Assembly (NCBI GenBank): GCA_030704615.1
Contig: CM060733.1
Location: forward strand, 21,328,001 to 21,392,000
Reading direction: 5' to 3'
Source of the DNA: Takakia lepidozioides
Lineage: Eukaryota; Plantae; Bryophyta
Length of the DNA stretch: 64,000 bases
Shown: positions 50,401-63,863 of the stretch, piece after piece
How positions within the stretch are numbered: position 1 is the first letter of the stretch
Layout of the letters: each line of letters begins with the position of its first letter
Notes under the pieces: model-generated
What the model saw: the letters and a program-made list of their open reading frames with translations, nothing else
Told to the model about the DNA's origin: nothing
Databases searched by the model: none
Program-made: the position numbers and the translations under genes

Positions 50401-53400
50401 GACTCGCCTCCTATTACCGGAAGTATGTGAGAAATTTCGCCAAGATCGCGGGGCCGCTGTCGGACCTTCTGTGTAAATCTAAAGTCTGGGCATGGAACAC
50501 CTTTTGTGGCCAAGCTTTTGCTGAATTGAAGCAGCGGATGGCGGAAGCTCCAGTCTTGAAAATCCCGGAGTTCGATCGTCCATTTGAGATTCATACAGAT
50601 GCGTCGGACTTCGCGATTGGGGGTGTACTTATGCAAGATGGACGTCCAGTGGCTTACGAAAGTAAGAAACTGAATGAAGTGGAGCGACGGTGGCCGACGC
50701 ACGAAAAGAGATGAAGGCGGTGGTGCATTGCCTTGAGCTTTGGCGCCACTATGTTGGTTCCAACCCAGTGAAGGTGTTCACGGACAATGTCACAGTGAAG
50801 TATTTTGCCACGCAGCCCAAGTTGTCCCCAAAACAACTTAGGTGGCAAGATACTTTGGCGGTGTTCGACGTGGATATCCAGTACAAACCGGGACGGGACA
50901 ATGTGGTGGCCGATGCTTTAAGTAGAAAGCAGCAGCTCTTGTTGGTGTACAAGGGCGAGTCGGCACTCCAAAGGAAGATCCGGAAGGCTTGCCGGAAGGA
51001 TGAGCTGGCGAAGTCCGTGATGCAGGACTTGAGGATGGGGGTTAAATCGCAGTTCCACTTGCAAAATGGACTGCTCCGGTATAAGCAAAAACGTCTCTAC
51101 GTGCCAAAGGGAGGGATCAGAGATAGCCTCTTGAGAGAATGTCATGATAGCCCGCTTGCGGGCCACGGCGGAGCCAAGCGCACTGCGGCACTCTTGAAGA
51201 AAGGGTATTTCTGGCCCAAACTGAGGGAGGAGGCAGAGGAGTATGTCAAGACATGCACCACATGCCAACAAAACCGGAGCGAGTACAAAAAGCAAGCGGG
51301 GCTGTTACAACCCTTGCCGATTCCAGAGGGGACTTGGGAAAGCGTCTCGATGGATTTCATGACTGCTATGCCGCTGTCAAAAGGATTCGATGCAATCATG
51401 GTGGTGGTGGATAGGTTCAGTAAAATGGGCCATTTCATCCCCACCAAGGAGACGGCAACGGCGCAGGAGACAGGGCGACTTTACTTCGCCCACGTCTTAA
51501 AGCATCATGGAGTCCCGAAGGATATTGTCTCGGACCGCGATCCAAAGTTTACGAGTAAATTCTGGAGAGCACTTTGGAAGAAGATGGGGACGAGGCTGAA
51601 GATGAGCACCGCCTTCCGACCTACGACGGACGACCAAACGGAAAGAGTGAATTCCGTAGTGAAGCAATTCTTGCGGAATTACGTGTCGGCAGACCAACCA
51701 GACTGGATGGAACACTTAGACGCGGCAGAGTTCTGTTATAATAACACAGAACACTCCGCAACGGGAGTTTCCCCTTTCGTATTGGTCTATGGAAAAGCAC
51801 CTCTGGTGCCGACAAGTTGGGCCGCCCAGGACGTTGAGGAACCGGAAGTAGCGGCGGTACTGGAAGAATGCGAGCGTTTGTTGAAGCTCGCAAAGTACAA
51901 TATTGCCAAAGCTAGGAAACGGTATGAAAGGGAGGCGAATCGGAAGCGGAGGGAAGTGAAGTTTGAGGCAGGCACAGAGGTCTGGTTGAACATCAAGAAT
52001 TTCCGACTACCTCCGGAAGTGAGTCCGAAGTTCGTACCTCCGTATGCGGGACCCTTTCGCATTCGGAAGGTTATGAATGAGGATGTGTATGAATTGGAGC
52101 TGCCGGCAAACAGCAAAGTGCACCCAGTATTCCATGTCTCCCTTTTGAAGCCTTACTTCAAAGATGAAGCGCGTCCGAATCGGCATCAAGTGTTGCGTCC
52201 GCCACCTATGCTGTTGGATCATGAAAATGAACCTGAGTACGAGGTGGAGGCAATACTTAAGTCGAGGAGGTTCAGGAACCGAGAAATGGAGTATCTCGTC
52301 AAATGGAAGGGCTATCATCATGTGGAGGCATCTTGGGTGCGTGCCTTAGAAATGAGAAACGCATCCGAGGCGGTTGCAGCTTTCGAAGGGCGACCTCAAA
52401 AGCGGAAGAAGCGTTGATGGGACATCAACCTTGGAGCGTGGGGGAGGAAATGCATGCTTAGCCCGGCTTAGCTAGCTTAGGAATCCGATTGCAAAAACTT
52501 GTATTGTACAAAACGTGCTATAAATGAAATGGATTCCAAATGTTGTGCGTCCTATTTTGTTTGGAATGGTGATGCATGGTATGGTTGGCTAGTGTGTAGA
52601 ATGCATGCTAGCTTATAAAAGTGGGAGAGGTAAATTGGGTTAATCGTGTGTTTGCGTAGTGCCGAAATCGGGTGACCCCCATCCAAGGGGCAAGGAAACT
52701 TGCGCCTTCTTTGGGAGTTCACGTGCTAGTGCGCACCTGGCGCGTGCGCGTACTATAACTGCGCTACTGAGGGGGTTGCCTTGTAGTGCGGGCTAACGCG
52801 GAAGCTACGTGCTTCTGTTCACGTACTATAATCGTGTAACCTCGGGACGAAGTCGTAGTGCGGCTTCGGCGTGTTCCCGTACCTCAGGCCAGCATTCCAA
52901 GGCGGACCCAATTGTAGCGATTGGGGCGCACGGTTGGTTCAAGGTTATCTTCCTAGTCAAAGAGGGTTCCAGGGAACCCTTGCTCAAGATGATGCCAAAA
53001 GCGGCATCACGAGCGGTCGCAAGCAATGTTGTTGCAGTAAGGCGATTCAATCCTCGGGGAGGATCGTTCCTTGGCCTTAAAGTAGGCCAAGAAGAGTGCA
53101 CTGGGAGGAGCTTGAGAGGCTCCACCCTTGGCCGGGACTTGGAGGAAGTCGGCCGAACTAGCTAGTGGAGAGTAGAGTCAAGTGTGGGGTTTGGTTCTTT
53201 GCCATGGGACGCCATGGTGCGGAAACAAACTCCTTGATGTGGGACGCCACAACTTGGATGTTTGTTTCTACAAAATGGACAAGTCGATGAGGACATCGAC
53301 TCCCTGTTGGTAGGGGTGTGTGTCGCGGCCCTTTGCCTTGATAGCGGGGGGGTCGGGACACATGAGGGGATGCCCCTGTGGTGGGGGCAGCGGCAGCGAT

Positions 53401-54061
53401 AGGTATGGGGGGGGGGGGGGGGGGGGGCTGAAGCACCCTTGAGTGTCCAAGGCACTCAAGGAGGCGGAGGCGCTCACTAGGTGGAGCCCTGCACACCGGG
53501 TTGCGGTGGGGGTGGCTCCACAAGGGGTGGTGGTAGCTTAGCGGGTCTTAGTGGGGGTGGCATAGGACTCACCATAGGGTGGAGACCTCGTGGTGGGAGT
53601 CGTGGGGAGTCTTGGGACTCATCACGGCCCAATGGGGTCGTGGTGAGAGGGCCAAGACTCACCGCGACTCACCACCGGGAGTCGAGGGTCTTCGTGGTGG
53701 TTCGCCATAAAATGGCATGGCTGGTTGTGAAACCCCCGCGGACAGTTACAGAAGTATATATAGGGAGTAGTAACCCCGAGAACGGTGCAAGCCCGTTGTT
53801 GTCCAAAAACTAGTGAGTAAGCAAGCGAGCCGGAAAGCGACCAAAGAGTGGGGAGCTGTTCCGGACTGCCATCTACCAAAGGGAATTCCACTAGGGCCAA
53901 ATAGGTGGAGGGTCTTTCGGGAGAGCGAAGGGGGACCGTTATGTCCCGGTGAGCAGCCGAAGCTCCGAGTTGGCCCGGCGGCCAGGTTGGGAGTCAGGCG
54001 CGCGCATCAAAGCGAGTAACTATGACTTGAAGGGGAGCTTACCGAAGTGAGGTGCGTGACA
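47463..54061 (+). mobile_element. Full-length Ty3/gypsy chromovirus (Galadriel-like)
   Basis: LTRs 47463-48031 and 53321-54061 (TGTCG...TGACA); perfect TSD AACAT; tRNA-iMet PBS TGGTATCAGAGC 48034-48045; gag-PR-RT(YIDD)-RH-INT-chromodomain. Confidence 0.97.
48087..52417 (+). pseudogene. gag-pol polyprotein with one stop and several 1-bp frameshifts
   Basis: [73 protein letters not shown]. Confidence 0.93.
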
Positions 54062-55006
54062 AACATCTCCTCTGCTTCACACTAGAAGCCCAAACTTGGT
54101 TGCCATAGCGTTGAGCTATGCAACGCCGCTCTTCAACATAGGCTACTCGCCTCTCTATCCATTGCAAACCTGCAACCTGTTCGTCTTTGCACTCTATCCA
54201 CTTTGGATAGGCTCATGCACGGATCCCTGCATTCTAGGCTGAACCGCTTTTCATGATCTGAAAACACAAGTGCTACACAACTAACTCGAACCTGGCACTC
54301 ACAGACTCGAGATCATCTTTCTCGAGTGATAAGGAAATGAATGATACAAGCATACAAGCTCTCTCAAACTCACACACTTGCACATGAAAACATCACTCAT
54401 ATATTAAGTCGAGCCAAGTGTACCCCACGCCATGGGGAATCCACACTACGGCGCCATAGCTAGACGCGGTGAGGCTCAACTCGAGAAAGACGAGCCCACC
54501 GCGATCTGCCGTAAAGATAACAACGTCAGGTGCCCAAACATGTATTGGCCCCTGGATTGATACTTGGGTCAATCCCAAATGTCAATATATAAAAGCTAGC
54601 TATTTCCTAGCTAACTTCACACTAGTGGTAAAATAACTTGACAATCAATCCCAAGCATTGTAAGCATGAGGAGATAACATAAAATACATGTTTACACCAT
54701 GGCCATTGACAACATGCCAACTGGACATTGTTTACATAACTGACATAACATTGTTTCTCAATATTGTTGTGTTAGCACTGAGTAAGAGTGTGGTCCATGG
54801 GGTCCAAAATTCAGATGTTTGCATTTGAAAAAAAATTATTACTTACTTCAATGCGGATGATATTAGTGCCATGAGATAAGCAAGTTCATATTTGAGTAGT
54901 ATATACAAGAAGAGTTGAACATCCGAGCTAAAAATCCTTCGGAATCGCAGCTGCAAAGTTTAGAAGCATCTACAGTATGAAACTTATGCGGTGTGGTGCG
55001 GTGCAG

Positions 55007-55111
55007 GTACCTGGTGGTTGCTCAGCAAGCTTGCCTGGAGGGCGATGGTTGGACCTGCATAGTGGGACGGGCTCCGTGGGAATTGAGGCACTCAGCAGGG
55101 GATGTGAAATG
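55007..55111 (+). pseudogene. Orphan exon of plant RsmD-like 16S rRNA methyltransferase (At3g28460-like)
   Basis: ag|VPGGCSASLPGGRWLDLHSGTGSVGIEALSRGCEM|gt, 105 nt, with SAM-binding motif; no neighbouring exons recognised. Confidence 0.8.
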
Positions 55112-55289
55112 GTATGTAGTGGGTATTCACTCTTTGAAACTCATGTTGAAATTAACACACTAGATTAAGCAGACCAAAAGTCATACCTGGTGCAATCTCC
55201 AAATTCTTTTTTTAATTGCAGACCCTTAATTCAAAAGGATGCATCTGCATATAATCTTTTAGTACTTGATAATCTTTTTTATATGCGAT

Positions 55290-56500
55290 TAAATAGTACT
55301 TGCCACACAATACAGTGCGGTTGCAAAGATCGACCTTGGGCTTGTGTCCAAAAATTGTGTTTCCAAGTGATCTATGTTTATAGACAAAATTTTGTCTGAT
55401 CTGGTTGACAAAACTACAGAGAAACATGTCATTTCAGTTTCGAGTTTGTGTATCTCAACAACAGCCGCCTTCAACTTGTGGATGTCAAGAGGTGCAAATG
55501 ATATTTATACGTTTGTTGTTCATGTTCTATCATCTGAATAGTGGAAGCCTCGACACAACATAAGTTTTATTTAAAATAAATTGCACTACTGGAAAAGGCC
55601 ATGACAATGCAGTTGTAAAATCTATTATACAAGTTAAAAAATAAATAAATCACATGATATGTCAATGACGAAGAGTTTAATTTGTTTACCCTAACTATGC
55701 GTTAAGATCCATTGTGAGTTGTGGACCATTAGGCTTGCAAGAGCCTTTCTTAGGGGGTCGCTTCGCTTACGCCATGTCCAAAGATTTGTTAGTATGCAAG
55801 CACTAATGAGAAAGTCTGTCGATGGGTCTCTTTATACGTGTCCATCAAAGCTGTTCAACAAGCGACATGTACAAGCCAACAAACATGAGATGTGGCTTGA
55901 ATCCCCAAAGGACTCTGTCTAATAAATTTCAACACTCCTATGAAAACCAAGTAATCAATTGTTTCATAAATTTCAAGAATTGGTAGATTTGCATCACTTG
56001 TGTTACTAGGGCTAAATGTGACTTTGTGTTGTCCTGTGTATGCAAATGTGATTGTGCATTTGAGTTGTATTAGTTTCAATTATCTAAGTAGTGTCTTTAT
56101 TGTTGGATGCTTAGATTTGCAAGCCACATTTTATTTTTTCAAGATGACACTCTTCAGTTTCGAGTAGCCATGGATCATTGCTACATCCTCGGAGATAGTT
56201 ATGATCTGCAATATCGAATCTCTAGTGCAAGGACATGGGCTCTGGTTGATGCAGTTGTCAAGACTTTGTCACAAGTGGTCACAAATTGTGTTCTATACCA
56301 AAGTAGATTATACTGGTTATTATGTGATGCTTTGCAATCAGCCATAGGCTTGGTTATTAAATGTCCAAATGACATTGATGCAAGAATCGTGGACGACAAC
56401 TTGGGTATGTCACAGCCAAACGATTTTGAGTATAGAGAGCTCGAACGCTTCGTAATCAACATGCATAAAGAACTGATTGGTATCAGCTGCTCTGTTGGAC
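55290..56500 (+). pseudogene. hAT transposase relic
   Basis: LCPKIVFPS...LVDKT...TTAAFNLWMSRGANDI; SIVSCGPLGLQEPF...AMSK..YASTNEKV; RFASH..FQ.TLQFR..CY; TWA..AVV.TLS.VVT.CVL.QS..YWLL.DAL. Confidence 0.7.
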
Positions 56501-59453
56501 TTTTAAAAAACAAATTCATGCACAAATTTGACAAAACAAAAAAAAAACTCATAATATGCTATTTTAGTGCTCTACCCTTGCTTCATAGGGCTAGCCTTAG
56601 TCAATGATTTTGTAGGAAGAGCCGCAGCTTTGTCTTTCATTCAAAATTTCTTGAGTGGAATGTGTATGTCACGAAATTTTTCTCCTAGACAAGCAAATCG
56701 AAAGAGATGCTACCTGGTAAAATAAATATATGACAGGTGAAAGTCCCGTGAAAGTTTTATCTTGGGACTCTCCTGGAATTTCCATTCGGGTAGCCGAGGG
56801 AGGATATAAAGGCTCCGACGTCCAGAGGACAAGAATTTTACCTCTTACAAAAAAGGTTGCAAGTACAGAAAATGCAGGAAAGTTGAACTTCCAGACCCTA
56901 CAGAGCATGTATACTCAGGAGAAGCCTTGGGAAGTGGGACAGGCCCACCGAGACATGATTTGGATTTTACCCATTTAAAAATTTAAAACAGATTTGGGAA
57001 ATTTCTGTGCAGAAACTTTTCATTCTACAATGCTACATAGCTACCAATGTATTTTTAAGATTCCAATTTCCTAAAAATGGTATAAAATGCAGTTAGTAGG
57101 ACTCAGCAATGATGAGCTTGGATGGTAGTTTTTTTAATAATAAAGGTATGAAAATTTCTATAGATTTAAAAATGTTCCTAGTTATGAATAAAAAGGTGGC
57201 GAGTTGTAGTCAAGGGTAGAAAAAGCTGTAGGCCTGACCCATCACCTTTAAGTTCAAAAAGCCGTCCTCTCTTTCAAGCAGCGCAGTTAAAGACAGACAG
57301 CGATGGCGTCAGGTATGATTGCTGGGTAGACGATGCTGTCGCCGCTGAGCTCAGCTGTATCTCTTTGCTCGGCATTTAAACTGGTGGGATGCATACGGGG
57401 TGTACCGACCAGAGCATGGGGTCCACTATCTCAGTGAGCGTCCAATTGCATTCTCATCATATACACGTAAAATAATACCAGAAGGGTTTTATAATCGTCG
57501 GTACAACGCACGCAGATATGGCTTGGAAGTTCCCAATATCATGTGCCATAGCTCTCAGGACATTGTGTGTTGATATACGTTATAGCTGGTCCGAGACTTA
57601 TCGCACCGTGCAAGACAAGAGATTCCGTTCGTAGTCGTGAGTACGTCCCCTTGCACATGAACTCTTAATTGGTAGCTGCGTTCTTATCAGCCGGGCTGTA
57701 AGAAAGAAGGACGCTCGAATGTTTCTGTCAGCAACAACAGAAATCTAACTCGATTTATGGTTCCGTACACATTCCAGCCATGTCGATCGAGACACGCAAG
57801 CTCACTGCAAAATACCGCCAATGATTCTAGCTTGTGGTACGAGTTATCTTTCATTGGAGGAACTTAGTACTGAAAATAGTTATAACTCGTATTGTTGAAA
57901 GTCTCTTAAATTGCTTTTCTAAGCGCTCTAGAGTTTCAACTTTCAGTTGACTCCACGTACTTCATCTCCTATATGGTACCCATCTTCTTCAAAAAAAAAT
58001 TAAAATACTATTACTCGCACCCTAGAGAGCTTGGTTGGTTCTTTACGTTTCAAAGATCATTTGAACCAAGACATGATTGCTGACGTAAACTGTTTCAAGA
58101 TCAAACCTCAAGTACCATCCAACATCGCTAAATGGTATAACCCAAGTGTAAGTACCTACATCTAATCTACATTCAAGCAGGAAATCCAGACAGGAGAAAG
58201 AAATTGTTATAGAGAGGGTTACGATACCCCAAATGTCATGTGTAGACTTGGCCTTGAAACGTGAGGACTTCTTGTAGGGCACGATTCATTACTTATAATG
58301 TGATCGGTGGGTTCTACTTAGATACTCCACATGTAGTAAACTTGACGTTGACACACGACCACTCTTGGTGGGCCACAATTCATTAAAATGTGATCACTGT
58401 AGCCATGTGAATCTGGCAGCTTGAATTTAACCTGCGCGAGAGCATATTGGACCATTCGGTGTGCGGAGACGAACTGCAAGACATCATCCTGCACACCTCA
58501 GACGAATCCTCATTCCAGAGGACCAGCGCAAACCCATACCTACAGGACGGAGGTCAGGGCTCAACTTATTCGGGGCCCACTCTAAAAGTGAACCTGAGCT
58601 TTGCGGGCTACTTACACATAAGCCATGCCTAGCACAGTCACGATCTACTCACAAAGACGATCACAACTGACAAGTGGGTCCCTACTAGACCATTCATTCT
58701 CCTAAGATATAATTACACAGAGCTGTTCTCTTAGGGCAATGCCAATCTAGGTAGTAGGCAACCTCTACCTTAGGGATAAAACTATGCCCCAAAAATCACA
58801 AACCTGTCATATTTGTAAGTGGTTCCGCACACGACCATGCAGAAGGCCTCATTGGCCAGCACCTTTCCTGTGTAGGTCTACTAACCATTGCCTCATTGGT
58901 AAGATGACGTTTTCCAAGGAATTCCACTGAATCGAGGGATGGGGCCAATGTCATAACTTATTAGCTGACTCATACAGCTGGTAGCAGTCACAGGTGTGGG
59001 TGGCGCAGTAAGCGTCGACGTTTGGCCTGAGCCACTGTTTTATAAGCGACCGTCCTGCGGCTCCCGACTACTTCGCATCCCCCTCAGTTTCTGGTGCATG
59101 CTCTATCTTGCTCGCATGGACGTAAATTAAGATCTCTCACACAACTTGAGTCATTGACTGCCTATCTCAGCTCCCATGCTCATCTAGGTAGCTTCATTTG
59201 TCAAAATCTAGGAGGGTACATTATGTTTATAGTTAAACCTACACCAAGCTCTCCACCGTCTCTCTTATCTCACTGATCTCTCTCTCCTGTTCGACTCCGG
59301 AGGCAGAATTCGTATCCACATCATTGCACACATTCCTCACTTGCACATTTCTGCGACTGTGGAATTTTAAGCAGAGGCTGAATTCGACTGCACACGGAAC
59401 TCACTCGCATACTTTTGCGACTGTAGATCTCAAACGGTTGAGCCTGGAAAGCC

Positions 59454-61388
59454 ATGGAGTCCAGGGCCTGTTCGATGATTGTGGGTGGACGAAGGAAGGC
59501 GTCTCTTGTGTTTACTGTACTAGCAGCGTGCTTAGCTATGTCAATTGGGCCTGAACCTGCGCGCTGCATCCTTCCACGTACTGCCGTGCCTTTTTCCCGG
59601 AACTACCTAGCCACGGCTGATGGAGCACATACTAGAGTGATAGAAAACGGCCAACAAGTTCAGCTGGTCCTCGATCCGCAATCTGGTAATCTCTGGTAAT
59701 GCCTTTTTCTCGCCTTTTTAGCAAGCCAGTTGTACTCACAATTCTAAAGAGAAATTTAATTCTCGGAGGCGGTGTTATCTTCTGGGTTTGTCTCTTCGTT
59801 TCTCTTTGCCTCCAGAAAATTCATCGTGTATAAGCAGTACGGAGTCGGCCAATAGCTTTATGGTGAAAGTTGAAGTGTGACGGCCACGTAGATCTAGAAG
59901 ATTTCGTCCTTTGCAATGTTGTATAAGCTGATTAAGCTACCAAGGAGCCTTATCGGAAGTTGAGCTACAGCGAGCTGAGGATTTTGTGCGAAGTTGTACG
60001 TACTTAGACTCCCGCATATCACCTTACTAGTTTTACAACCGGCTTTGTGTCGGTTTCTTTTTAACATAACGACGATTGGGTGTTTGCAGCTGCTGCATTT
60101 GGATCCAAAAATTCCTATTTGTTCGGGCGCATCGGCATGGGGATCAAGCTAGTTCCTGGCAATTCTGCCGGAACCGTTACGGCCTACTATGTAAGTCGCT
60201 GGTTCTACATAAAGGGATAGATCTGATAGTTGGGTATTCTAGTAGTAAAAGCGTACTGAGCTGACCTCTAAGTTGCACTTCCAATTGAACTCGACTCGTG
60301 AATATTTTTTAGTTTGTGCTTGGTTGACACATACATATCCAGGTGAATTGACGTCTGTAATGCTCACTTTGACCGGATAGTAAGTGCTCTCCTGAATGTA
60401 TGCTGACCTAAGACTTTCTCATGGACTGGCTGTGGTCAGCTATCATCGCCAGGGGCAACACATGATGAGCTGGACTTCGAATTTCTTGGAAATGAAACTG
60501 GCCAACCCTATATCCTGCAGACCAATGTTTATGCAAAAGGAATTGGGGGAAGGGAGCAGCGTATCAACCTGTGGTTTGACCCAACGGTTGGGTTCCACAC
60601 ATATTCTGTCCTCTGGAACAAGAAGCAGATTGTGTAAGTCATTGATACTTCCATTTAGAAATGTTGGAACAATATAGAGGTATACACGAGGAGTGTGGCG
60701 AATACAGTTTTTCGTTGGCTTTCAAGAAATTCTGAGGCATCCTTCTGTTGGAGTGTGTCATTTTATCTACTATCTAGAGAGGCTCGCTGTATATAGCTAC
60801 TTAAGTAACCGGGGAACTCGCAAGCAGATGTGAAAACAGGGATATCCAGATTGATATTAGTATCACTGAAATTGTTGTACATTAGACTGATGCTAAACTA
60901 CTACAAAGATCAAAATTTGCACTAGCTCAGATTGTATGCTTCTTGACTACCGACATAGTTTGAATCTATTGTGCAGTTTCTTTGTGGATACCACACCAGT
61001 TCGCGTATTCAGAAACAACGAGGATATCGGTGTGCCTTACCCCAACAGCCAGGGAATGGCAATCTACACCAGTATTTGGGATGGAAGTGGCTGGGCAACT
61101 CAGGGTGGGCGTATCAAGATTGACTGGTCAGCTGCACCTTTCATCTCAACATTCCAGGGCTTTGGATTGGATGCATGCCAGGTATTGAGCGGAGATGTCT
61201 CAGCTTGCTCATTAGCCACCAATCACTGGTGGGATGAATCCCCATACAATACACTGAATGCCAATCAAATGGCCCAATTGCACATGATTCAAACAAATCA
61301 CCTGGTCTATGACTACTGCACTGACACAAGTCGAAACCCCACGCCCCCAGTCGAATGCGCCCGAAATTGGTATCTGGGTGCAAGATAA
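59454..61388 (+). CDS. XTH: Xyloglucan endotransglucosylase/hydrolase (GH16), 312 aa; exons 59454-59685, 60090-60190, 60440-60633, 60977-61388
   Basis: Signal peptide; [15 protein letters not shown]; catalytic [11 protein letters not shown]; [11 protein letters not shown]; WATQGG; YDYCTD..R...PPVEC; GT-AG introns with the usual 101- and 194-nt internal exons; spliced frame open. Confidence 0.97.
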
Positions 61389-62772
61389 CTCTACCTATCT
61401 TCCCGTAGACATAAGCAGAAACTTTCTCCCCCAAGTCTCTCAGCAGCTTTCAGTAGAATAACCTGGGCGTCGTGGAGAGGTCATCTTCATTCTGCGGCGA
61501 TCGACCAGTTCGTTCACGTAATTGATGCTCATTGCTACCCTAGCTATTGTACGGTGGCTTCCCACGTATTGGAGATGGAAATCTCCTGTACATTATGCAA
61601 GTTGCTTTCCAACTGTCAAGCCGATGGGATCAAGTCTTTGTTGGTGCGATGAACACGGCCTACCTGCGAACTGGGCTAACAAGGTAGGTGTTTGGTAGTG
61701 TCAGTCTACAAATTATCACGAGGGTTGCTTATACACTTCGAACTTGTAAGAAACTTGTACGAATATTAACATTGCCCCAATTCACATTGAAGGGCTTCAA
61801 GTCACGCCCATATGTCAAAATGAAGATTTAACAATAAAATGGAAACTTCTTATCTAGACTCTACTCTAAGCGATGCCTGGTTTGCTATTCATTGAAGTTG
61901 TATACCTTGAGGTTCTGGTTAGAACTTTCCGAGCGTTTGATGTAAATGTCATCATGTTCACAGTGATGCTAGATACAGCCCCGGGTCTCTTCCTAAGAAG
62001 CAAGTACTTCCTTGTTAGCTAAATTCCATCTTTTGGTGAGCCTTGTAATTTAGTCCCAAACTTCGATCTAGAACTTTTTAGATGCTCTGCAGAATGACAA
62101 GTACCATGCACAGCTTTCCAACTCGCAAGCAACCCTTTAAATTCTACAGTAATTGCAGATGCTGACACACATATGCAGAACTTGCTCTCGAATCCTTAGA
62201 TCTTTCCAGAGCCATTGGTGCAGGCTTTGCTCTATCATTTCTAATCTTCCTGACAAAAATTGTTATAAGTTTCATAGTCTAGATCATCCATCCCGGATAC
62301 TCTGATCAGGTATTCCAGTCAATTTGGAATGGGAGGAAATCGGAAAACTTCGTCACGTGCGTTTCCTCCTCGGGCTCGGGTCAAACTTGGAGATTTGTGC
62401 ACGATTAGTTTGTGATGCTTACAATCATACATGGGCGCATGTAGGTAGCTGTGAGCAGTCATCCTCGGCCTCCATGCTCATTCAGACAGATGAACAGGCG
62501 TTTGAGTGTGGTTCCCGGTTCTTCCTTGCCCTTCCCATCATTTCATGCCAACTTGACAAAACACGGACTATTTCAGGTCTATATCTTCGGTATATGTTGC
62601 ATGATGTCATAACGGGTGGGGCCATCCCACACTGATGGAAAGAGTGTAGATACTAGCCTACTTACCTAAAACTGTTCCGAGCATCATAACATAACCTCCA
62701 GTAAATGAATAAGAAACATCCGTAAGCCGTCGACCAAGCGAGTGCCGGGCCAGGCAGCAATCGGACTCTTGG

Positions 62773-63152
62773 GAAACAAGCCTCAAACGGCAATTGGCTC
62801 TCTTGCTTTGCTTTGGCACAACATAAGAGGAAGGTAAGAGTAGGGAGCATGACTCAGAACAACACACCAATCAGCGCCTTGACACGGTGTAAGGTACTTA
62901 GACCACATTTTCTCCATTGACTTGCATGTCTCCGCAAAGTCTCTCGAGAGCCAACAAAAGCAAGAGAAAACAAGTCTAAAATGGCGATGGGCTCTCTTGC
63001 TTTGGCAAAACATAAGATGAGGTGAGAGTAAGGGGCATGACGTAGCACAACACACCAATCGCTGGCTTGACACGGTGTAAGGTCCATTGACCACATTTTC
63101 TCCGTTGACTTCAAGATGGTGCAAAGTCTCTCTCTACTAGAGAGCCAACAAA
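62773..63152. repeat. Two tandem ~190-bp units
   Basis: Units begin ~62773 and ~62968; related to 5559-5740. Confidence 0.8.
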
Positions 63153-63347
63153 CTTCCAGGAAATCGTAACAGTTTATCAGAAAGATCGTGAACAGTCCAG
63201 GTGACAACTCGTTTTAAGTTACAAACTTGGCTGCAGAATAACTTAGGTGTGCGATCAAACTGAAGGCCAGGAGATGGATGTGAAAGACGTCTGATGACGA
63301 AAAAATTTAGAACTAACTTACATCAACGTGAGTCCAGACTGGCTACC

Positions 63348-63863
63348 ACGTCAGCTGGGTAGGGACAGCTTGAACTTGAGTGGGCATGATTGCGTCTGCA
63401 GCAGTCTGGACCCCAGTCACCGTGAACGTCCTTAGAGACCTGTGAGAACGTCGTTTCTGACGTTCTTGCAGTGAGAAAAAAAAACGTAGAGAAAACGTTG
63501 AGGGATGGATGATAATTTCCAATTGCCCGTGAGAAGTGCAAAATGGATTTCCGTAGATAGAATTCAATTTTGCTACCTTTTTTTTTCTTTTTTTTTTGTT
63601 TTGTTTTTTGAAAGGAAACCACGTGGACCGAGAAACACTAGAGTATGGATGTCATCCATGTAAGGAGGATGAGTATCGTTCATGGCCGTGCGCATATTCC
63701 GCCCGGAACATACGTCGTCTACGTCGAGGTGGGCGGAAGCTGCAGGGAAAGAATAGAGGAAGGTGGGGTAGAGATAGGCAGGGAGGCTGTGCCCGCCAAA
63801 CGCTCTTGCTCGTCTTTCCTGTTTTGGATTCGCTCGTTGTTGGGCTTTGGCAATGGCAGCCAT
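63348..63863 (-). other. Possible 5' exons of a small organelle-targeted protein gene
   Basis: ATG at 63863 and transit-peptide-like composition; gtatgt donor ~63714; second block RRSHRSLRTFTVTG...AVPTQLTW; no downstream exons found. Confidence 0.25.

Noticed and set aside
52451-54061. Alternative 1.6-kb 3' LTR starting after the first PPT-like tract
   Set aside because: The TSD AACAT and 5' LTR homology fix the LTR start at 53321/47463.
45970-54643. Older minus-strand LTR element hosting the Galadriel-like insertion
   Set aside because: Plausible (gag fragment, TGACA near 54640), but no PBS, second LTR or TSD was found.
57195-57265. Weak A/B-box-like pattern
   Set aside because: Too degenerate, and no stems.
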